Positions 12,761 through 20,000 of a DNA stretch of 20,000 nt are shown in pieces. The DNA comes from Folioceros fuciformis (lineage: Eukaryota). The notes under the pieces were generated by a model. The model made no database searches and was not told the DNA's origin. It saw nothing but the letters and a program-made list of their open reading frames with translations. The DNA is taken from NCBI GenBank assembly GCA_049999805.1, contig JBNGIO010006373.1:608207-628206 (forward strand), written 5' to 3'. The position numbers and the translations under genes are program-made. Position 1 is the stretch's first letter; the number at the start of each line of letters is the position of its first letter.

Positions 12761-13198
12761 AGCCCGGCTGGTCGAGCAGCCAGGCCAAACTGCTCCGCCG
12801 ACTTGCTTCAGCCCAGCCTAGCTGGTCGAGCAGCCAGGCCAAACTGCTTCGCCGACTTGCTTCGGCCCAGCCCGGCTGGTCGNNNNNNNNNNNNNNNNNN
12901 NNNNNNNNNNNNNNNNNNNNNNNNNNNNNNNNNNNNNNNNNNNNNNNNNNNNNNNNNNNNNNNNNNNNNNNNNNNNNNNNNNAGCCCGGCTGGTCGAGCA
13001 GCCAGGCCAAACTGCTCCGCTGACTTACTTCGGCCCAGCCCGGCTGGTCGAGCAGCCAGGCCAAACTGCTCCCCCGACTTGCTTCGGCCCAGCTCGGCTG
13101 GTCGAGCAGCCAGGCCAAACTGCTCCGTCGACTTGCTTCAGCCCAGCCCGGCTGGTCGAGCAGCCAGGCCAAACTGCTCCGCCGACTTGCTTCAGCCT
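12761..13198. repeat. GC-rich 54-bp minisatellite, at least 6 copies, spanning the gap
   Basis: Unit AGCCCGGCTGGTCGAGCAGCCAGGCCAAACTGCTCCGCCGACTTGCTTCRGCCC starts at 12761, 12815, 12869 (partial), 12983, 13037, 13091 and 13145. Confidence 0.95.
12883..12982. other. Assembly gap (100 N, true size unknown)
   Basis: Run of exactly 100 N inside the 54-bp array. Confidence 0.99.
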
Positions 13199-14330
13199 AG
13201 CCCAGCCGGATCCCGCCAACCGCCTGGCGGTTGCCTGGCGATCCAGCCAAGCGCCCGCCGCCGGGTGTTTGGGCTGCTGGGTGCCTGCTCGCCCTTAGCA
13301 ATCGGGATGCTGCTAACCCGGCCCTCCTCCGGATCCAGCCGAGTCCCGTTGAGCCTGGCTTCCGCCCTGGCTAGACTGCCTGTCTGCTGCCGGCCGGATC
13401 CGCTTGCCAGCCCGAAGAGCCCTAGGCCACTGCCTGCGTGCAGACTGGCTAGCCTCCCCGTCGCCAGCAATCTTTCCCTCGGCCAGGCGGCTGCCTGGCC
13501 GGATCTGCCTAATAGCCAGTCAGCCGTCCTGACTGTCCTACTGGATCCCGCTGCAGCAGGTCCGCTAGCTAGCCTCTCTGCCAGCCTTCCCAGCCCGGAT
13601 CCACTCCTAGCTTGGATTCGGCCCTGATTCGCTACCACCGGCCCGGCTAGCTGATCAACCAGGCCTCCTCGGATCCACCAGCAACTAGCTTGCTTGGCCT
13701 GGCCGTGCCGAGCTGGACCAGCCACAGCCAGCCCGGCTTCGGAGTCGGCCAGCCAGCCAGCCCCATTGCCGCTGCTGGCTGCCTGCCATCCTGGTCCATC
13801 CCGCTGCCAGTAGGCCAGGCGACTGCTTGGCTACGACAGCTAGCCTGGCCGTTGCCTGGATTCCAACCAGCCAACCCCTTAATCCGCCTCAGACTCGCCC
13901 GCCGGCTAGTCGGGCTGTCATGGCTGGGTCCACCTGCAGCCGGTCCGCCAGCCTACTGCCGCTGCTTTCCCAAAGGCCGCAAGCTGGCTCCTGCCTTCCG
14001 AATCCGGCCAGATCCTGGCCACCGACCTCGCATCTCGCCAGTCTGCTGATCCAGCCACCTGTGCTCTCGTGATCCCTATCTATCTACCCGATGCACCATG
14101 GCAGTGTCCCGACACCTCCATCCCCACGACCAGTTCTAGGGTTCCCTGTCATCTGCACACCTGTGACCTCTTACCACACGTCCTACTTAGACCCTATTCC
14201 CTAAACCACTAATCTAACCTCTAAGCTAGCCTAATCTCCTACGAAATTCAATCAGAAATCTCAAAAAAAAGAAGCACTACCATTTTCCAGGGGATCTGTT
14301 CGTCATGTGGACTCCACATTAGTGATGAAC

Positions 14331-16140
14331 TAGCCCTTGCTACAGGACATTACCCAGCTCAGAGGATTCCTGGGCATGGCCAGCTTCTATAGGCATTTTA
14401 TCAAGGGCTTCAGCAGGATTGCTATACCCCTGAAGGATGCCCTTAGGCATTCCACAAACAAGCCCAGCTGGGAGCAGAGGTCGTTGTAGCTTTGGAGCAG
14501 CTGAAGTATTAGGCCCTTGGCTCGGCTCCCGTACTGGCCGTGGCAGATCCTCACATGCCATATACAATTCATACAGATGCGTCAGATTACGCCATAGGGC
14601 GATTCTATCCCAGCAAGGGAGGGCAATCGCCTATGAAAGCAGGAAGTTCCAAGAAGCACAACTAAACTATCCAGTGCATGATAAGGAAATGCTGGCCATT
14701 ACCCATGCCCTGAAAGTTTGGCGACATTACCTCCTGGGACAGAAAGTGGTGTGTCACACAGATCATCACTCCTTGCAGCATTTCTTCTCTCAGCCCAACT
14801 TGAATGCTCGGCAGCGACTGTGGGCTGAAGCCCTAGCAGACTATTATCTGGAGATCCAGTATGTGTCACACTCAACTAATATGGTTGCAGATGCCTTGAG
14901 TTGGCGTGCCTGCACCCTCATGAGAACACAGTCCCAAACAATTCAATTAGTTCAGGACGGGATTCCCCATGACCCAGCCTTGTTGCAACTGTACAGACAA
15001 CTATTGACAGATGCACAGATGGGGGTCCCTACAGCACTTACCCAGCAGTATTTTCTTCAGGATGCTTGTGTGTATCGAAAGGGGAGACTGGTCATCCCTT
15101 CACAGCTCATGGAGGTGAAACAGGCCATCCTGCATGACATGCATGATTCGCCCATTTCGGGTCACCTGGGCATTGACAAGACATATGCCAAAGTCAAGGA
15201 GTACTTCCATTAGGAAGAGATGCAAGCTGACTACATCAAATGGGTACGCTCCTGCCAGCAAGCCGAGCCCAGCCATCAGAAGACGCTAGGTCTGCTATTA
15301 CCCCTGCAAATTCCGAGTGGACGATTCAGGTCAATTGCCATGGACTTCATCACCCACCTGCCATATACCCGTTCTGAAAAAGACAGTATCTGGGTGGTCA
15401 CTGACAGGTTCTCCAAGGTCTGCCATTTTGTTCTTGTGACCTCCACCATCACAGCATGCAAGCTCGTTGAGGTATTCGTCTGTGAGATCTTCCGGTTGCA
15501 TGGAGCCCCAGAAGACATCGTCTCTGACCAGGATGCTAAGTTCACCTCAGGGTTCTGGAGGACATTCATGGAAACCTTGGGCATCAAGCAAAACATGTCG
15601 TCAGCATATCATCCAGAAACAGACGGGCAAATAGAGAAACAGAACCAGGTCCTGGAAGACATGCTTCGCCACTTCACTCATGAGAAACAGACTAGGTGGG
15701 AAGAACTCCTCCCTGTGCTGGAGTACGCCTACAACTCGTCGAAGCATGTGGCTACTTGGGTGGCCCCGTTCAAGCTACTCTATGGAGAAACTCCGCCACC
15801 ACCAGGCTTGTGGCCCAGCAGCCAGGAGAAGTGGCACAGTGCAGCCGAGGTTACGGAGGATATCTGGCATGAGGTCAAGTTGGCGAAGGAGAAACTCCTC
15901 CCTAGTCGGGACAAATCCTGCAAATCAACCAACAAACATCATCAGGCAGTCAGCTACAGTGTCGGCCAACAGGTGTGGCTTCGCGTGAAACCACACCGAT
16001 ACCCAGCTCTCATCCAGTCGCGGAACAAGCTAGCCTACCGGTATGCCGGACCCTTCACAGTGTCCCTTCACCAGCTCGACCTCCCCACTGACTGGTGCCT
16101 CTACTGGACGTTCCACGTCTCCATGCTCAAGCCGGTGATC
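14331..16140 (+). pseudogene. pol: Gypsy pol continued: RT connection, RNase H and integrase
   Basis: QLRGFLGMASFYR, TDAS, AYESRK, NYPVHDKEMLAI, TDH and NMVADALS for RT/RH. HDSPISGHLG, IAMDFI, IVSDQD, YHPETDGQIE, YAGPF and FHVSMLKP for integrase. Confidence 0.95.
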
Positions 16141-16346
16141 TCCTGCCCACCACCCACCGCCACAACCCAACCTGCACACCCACCAGACCCTTCTGCTGAA
16201 CAGCGACCAGATCCACACCCTTCTCTCCGCCCAGCCCAGACCAAGGCCGCTCCACTAATCAATGCCCCGCCCTAGCCAGTCCCGCCGTTCCATACAGCTC
16301 TTGTTCAAAAACCCTAGCACAGCCGCCAAGTTTTGGCCCTCACCAG

Positions 16347-16508
16347 CCCCATCGTATCCTCCAGCGTTGCGACCACCAGCTCCGATCCCGCTGTGTGTCG
16401 GAGTTCCTCGTGGCCTAGACAAGAGAACCCGACGGTGCTGCAACATGGGAACCCGCAGCCTTTTGCAATCACTTCCCTCACTTGTGGGCTCAGAAGACAG
16501 CTTCCTGA
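16347..16508 (+). pseudogene. Integrase C-terminal chromodomain (frameshifted, one internal stop)
   Basis: Frame 3 reads PHRILQRCDHQLRSRCVSEFLVA*(W)TREPDGAATWEP...HFP, which matches the chromovirus pattern P..IL...+LV.W......TWE. Confidence 0.85.
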
Positions 16509-16546
16509 GCTCCCAGACAGATCGGCTAGGAGGACCTGGCTAGCTT

Positions 16547-16559
16547 AAGTGGGGGAGAA
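16547..16559 (+). promoter_or_regulatory. Polypurine tract
   Basis: AAGTGGGGGAGAA immediately precedes the TG of the 3' LTR. Confidence 0.9.
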
Positions 16560-16963
16560 TGACACACACGCAACGATGGCCAATCCGCGTGTGGAGTTAT
16601 CAGGAACGAAGCCACCTTCAGCCATAGCCGGACGAGACAGTAGGAACTGACCCAGAAGGTACCTAACGAGATTGCGTAACGAAACAGACACCCAGGTTGA
16701 AGACAACTTTTAGACGAACCCTAACTTTGTATTGCCGTTAAGACGAATCCATAAGTAACCCTAGATTAACCAGCCACTAGACAGGGGATAAATAGCTTAC
16801 TTAGGGAAAACTAACTGTAACGAACAGCTAACGGCCAAATAATCCTGGTTGTTGGGCAAGGACGCCAACTTCTTGGCTTGCCCCCATCTCATGTACAAAT
16901 ACCCGATCATGTAGCAATAAAAAACATCCTATCTCCACTAAGCTAGCTCGTACGGTCGTAGCA
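16560..16963 (+). repeat. 3' LTR (404 bp, TG...CA)
   Basis: Homologous to 676-1087 and followed by the TSD ATCAT. Confidence 0.95.
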
Positions 16964-18104
16964 ATCATGATACAAGAGATACTTTTTGTAAGTCATCAAA
17001 TGCTTAGAGATACTTCTTACACATTGTTGCACCTTTTTGGTGTTTTGTCTCAACTCTTTCGAGGTGGATAGGTTTCTCATCTAATTTTTCTCAAGTAATT
17101 ACAACATTTAGTTGAACCTTTAGACATATGGGGCGGTTTTTTTGTGAGTGCCCCATCCAGTGTCTTGAAACCTAGCTGGGCTCCTGCCGCCTTTGTGGCT
17201 TCGTCTCCCATGCTGGTGATCGTCACGCGCGTTCCTGCTCCTGGCGATTGTAACACTTCTCTCTTAGCTGCGAACTTCTCCATAACATGCTCGAGTCATT
17301 TCGTCAACTTTCTTGTATTTGTTTAGAAGGACTGCAATAAGTCTGTAGACTTTTTTTCTTGAATATTTCGGAAAAGAATAATCCTTCCAACATAAATGCA
17401 CAAGGTGGACTTCAGTCATCCACTCCTGGTTAAGCAATTTTGAACATGATGTTTGGATTGTTTCAATTTCATCTTGTAGTTGGAAGAGCCCCTAAAGAAT
17501 TGCTCTTGTGGCCTAGGCCCCTCCTTGGCATCATACTACATGAAGCCAAATGTAAATTATATATCACGCATGCAATAGATCTAAAAACATGAAAACGCTC
17601 CTCCACATGACTAGTGAGAAATCAATCAAGCACATGCAGTAACACCTTTTTCTATATGGCCAAAAAAAGGAAAGCAATATGGTACTATTAAAGGTATTCA
17701 AAGCACACGAGATCAAAGTTTAGCGTGACCACATCCTTGCATGACAGCCCAATCCTTTCCACCATTCGCAGCACGCCACATCCGCAACTTAACCTACTAC
17801 AAATAGTTAATGTGATGTAAAATAAGTTTAATTGATTATTAATATTTTAAATAAAATATCATCAAATACTTGAAAAAAACAGCTAGAGAGATGCATGCAT
17901 AAAAACGTGTTGTAGACTTGCTATGAGTGGTAGTAAGACTTACTGGTTTAGAGCTTAACAAAAGTCTACTTTATGTTATTACTAAAAGAATAGTGTTAGA
18001 CGTGAATAATAATAAGATTTAGATGATAACTTATCAAAGGTATGCTTAAGTTAGTAACTAAAGAGTAACATCGAACCTTGATGTAAAAGGGGCCTAGCCC
18101 ATGA

Positions 18105-18138
18105 TTTAGGGTTTAGGGTTTAGGGTTTAGGGTTTAGG
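18105..18138 (+). repeat. Interstitial plant telomere repeat (TTTAGGG)4 TTTAGG
   Basis: Perfect heptamer repeats, read directly from the sequence. Confidence 0.95.
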
Positions 18139-18221
18139 AACATAGAGTGGTAAGACAACATCGTTTATGGAAGACTATAATCTCTCTTTGTCTCTCTATC
18201 TATTTAAGCAAAGACGATGAG

Positions 18222-18487
18222 TTCTCTCTAAGCTCTTGGGTTCTCTCTAAGCTCTTGCGTTCTCTCCAAGCTCTTGTGTTCTCTCCAAGCTCTTGCGTTC
18301 TCTTCAAGCTCTCAGGTTCTTTCCACGCTCTCACGTTCTCTCCAAGCTCTTAGGTTCTCTCCAAGCTCTTGGGTCCTCTCCAATCTCTCGGGTTCTCTTC
18401 AAGCTCTCGGGTTCTCTCCAAGCTCTTGAGTTCTCTTCAAGATCTCGGGATCTCTTTGAGCTCTCAAGTTCTCTCTAAACTCTTGTG
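18222..18487. repeat. 19-bp minisatellite, 14 copies (TTCTCTCCAAGCTCTTGNG)
   Basis: Fourteen gap-free, diverged units; 14 x 19 = 266 bp. Confidence 0.93.
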
Positions 18488-18776
18488 CATTTTTCATGAT
18501 TCAATGATAAGGAGGTGCTTCTTGAGAGCTTATAGTGCTAAGGGACCATAGGTTGTGGGAGCCTAAAGTGCTCTCTCTTTGTAAGAGAGCTTTTAGGCAA
18601 AGACGGTGAATTTTGGTGAGTTCTCTCTAACCTCGTGTGCATTCCTATTGACTCATGGGTGAGTAATAAGCAGTAGCATAATAAAGAATGCTACCTACAA
18701 GTCCTCCTCGGATAGGAGGCCTAATGGGCTACTTTGAGGCCTAATGCTTATGTTTGGTAGTTAGTGTCCTCCATGT

Positions 18777-19008
18777 TGTTGGCAGGCAATTATAGAGAAT
18801 TTACAAGCATTGTGTAAGATTAAATTATAGCGCCGGAGGCAGAATGTTTAAAAGGTTTATGTGACGAACCGTCACACCGCTTATCTATGGGTCGTGACCG
18901 TCTATGACAGGTCACGACTAATGACTAATAACTCAATCGTGCCCTAAGTAGCTAGTTGTATAATAATATGTTTTAAGGCTAAACGAAATGTGCCCTAAAT
19001 TTCCACTA
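18777..19008 (-). repeat. Putative Copia 3' LTR, with a degenerate PPT at 19009-19019
   Basis: The - strand reads TTGAGTGGCAG|TAGTGGAAA...GCCAACA about 200 bp after the pol stop. The partner LTR lies outside the window, so this is unverified. Confidence 0.4.
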
Positions 19009-19203
19009 CTGCCACTCAACAGCTACATCGCAACATTGAGTTAGGTCATCGATTTTAATTCTGGTGCTTGTGTCTTGTACAGCCTTCAAGCAAGGAAAGT
19101 GCCTTTTTCATGCAGATATGCGACTGCGCTTCTACTTCAACCCTTACGGCTAAGTCTTCCTATGCATACTTTCCACATCTAGGATATTTAGTCTAGTCAG
19201 AAG

Positions 19204-20000
19204 TCAGATGTGCATATCCTTGGGCAAAGGTTTTGTCAAAATATCTGCAGGATTATTATGTGTAGGAACGTATTCTAAGACAATCTGTCTAGCTGCCAGG
19301 ATTTCACGAATGAAGTGATATTCTATAGCGACATGCTTGGTTCGACTGTGAAATACCGGATTTTGAGCAAGGGCGATTGCTCCTTGACTGTCACAGTTGA
19401 AGCGAGTGGCTTCTGTCTGTGTCTGATTGAGTTCTTTCAGAATCGCTTGCTGCCATATGATGTCCTTGGCTGCCGTCGTCAAAACCCTATATTCAGATTC
19501 AGTGGTCGACAATGCAACAATAGGTTGCTTCTGGCTATCCCAGCTCACTAGGCCATCTACCAAGGTAAGAACATGTCCTAAGACATACTTTCTGCTGTTG
19601 AGGTCTCCTACATAGTCTGCATCTCCATATGCTTCTAACTGCAGCTTCCGGTTCTGTGTTGAGTTGCCATTGTACAGAATTCCATACCCGGTTGTCCCCT
19701 TAAGATATCGGAAGATCCGTTTGACAGTAGGCCAGTGTTCCTTGCCGGGATTTTCCAGAAACTGAGACACGTTGCTCACTGCGTACGACACGTCTGGTCT
19801 ACTCACATTGCTCAAATAGATAAGTGTCCCAACCGCATTCCTGTATGGAGTTCTTGACATCTCGTGCTTTTCTTCGTCTGTCATTGGTGACATTGCCTTG
19901 CACAATTTTGTGCCCGTCGGAATTGGTGTTGAGGATGACTTCGCATCCTTGAGTCGGAACTTCCTCAGACAGTCATTTACATACTTCCTCTGATGTATGG
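19204..20000 (-). CDS. pol: Ty1/Copia pol C-terminus (end of RT and RNase H), frame open to the window edge
   Basis: HQRKY, PYRNAVGTLIYL, RPDVSYAV, DADY, LSTTESEY, CDSQGAIALA, FHSRTKH and ADILTKPL. The TGA stop at 19204-19206 may be premature (from CGA). Confidence 0.93.
   Translation of the reverse strand, partial: IHQRKYVNDCLRKFRLKDAKSSSTPIPTGTKLCKAMSPMTDEEKHEMSRTPYRNAVGTLIYLSNVSRPDVSYAVSNVSQFLENPGKEHWPTVKRIFRYLKGTTGYGILYNGNSTQNRKLQLEAYGDADYVGDLNSRKYVLGHVLTLVDGLVSWDSQKQPIVALSTTESEYRVLTTAAKDIIWQQAILKELNQTQTEATRFNCDSQGAIALAQNPVFHSRTKHVAIEYHFIREILAARQIVLEYVPTHNNPADILTKPLPKDMHI

Larger units (their letters stand above)
10547..14270. mobile_element. Unclassified ~3.7-kb insertion in the Gypsy RT (boundaries approximate)
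   Basis: RT homology stops at VVE* (about 10545) and resumes at about 14331 with *PLLQDITQLRGFLG. The sequence between is C-rich on +, full of tandem repeats, and has no recognisable domain. Confidence 0.6.
676..16963 (+). mobile_element. Ty3/Gypsy LTR retrotransposon (chromovirus), full-length but decayed, carrying two nested insertions
   Basis: Paired LTRs at 676-1087 and 16560-16963. The 5-bp TSD ATCAT occurs at 671-675 and 16964-16968. PBS and PPT are present, and the domain order is gag-PR-RT-RNaseH-INT-chromodomain. Confidence 0.96.
17994..18776. mobile_element. Possible LTR or solo-LTR fragment of another retrotransposon
   Basis: Starts TGTTAGA, is non-coding, and contains telomere repeats, a minisatellite and an internal duplication. 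No partner LTR or TSD is visible. Confidence 0.3.

Noticed and set aside
12680..14072. Long ORFs on both strands (315, 177, 137 and 119 aa) as real genes
   Set aside because: They are explained by very high GC content and a 54-bp repeat with few stop codons. They have no domain motifs, and two of them run through Ns.
14275..14285. CACTA motif as a CACTA transposon end
   Set aside because: I found no matching inverted terminus with a 3-bp TSD.
14305..14333. Helitron-like 3' end (hairpin ATGTGGA-C-TCCACAT, then CTAG)
   Set aside because: CTAG is followed by C rather than T, and its TAG is better explained as the mutated Trp codon of RT. There is no matching A|TC 5' junction.
11163..18487. The 22-, 54- and 19-bp arrays as CRISPR arrays
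   Set aside because: They are head-to-tail tandem units without unique spacers, there are no cas genes, and the context is eukaryotic TE sequence.

Overview
This window is eukaryotic, plant-like DNA (it carries TTTAGGG repeats) made almost entirely of decayed, nested retrotransposons, with no recognisable host gene. The main feature is a + strand Ty3/Gypsy chromovirus at 676-16963. It has two LTRs (412 and 404 bp, about 10% diverged), an ATCAT target-site duplication (TSD), a tRNA-Met primer-binding site (PBS), a polypurine tract (PPT), and a pseudogenised gag-PR-RT-RH-INT-chromodomain. Two large insertions split it. The first is a 5.9-kb L1-type LINE inside gag, with a clean TSD and A-tail. 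The second is an unclassified ~3.7-kb, repeat-rich insert inside RT that spans a 100-N assembly gap. The right flank holds an LTR-like segment with interstitial telomere repeats and a 19-bp minisatellite, then the 3' end of a - strand Ty1/Copia element. The best candidate for something undescribed is the unclassified insert. I see no well-supported novel functional system.
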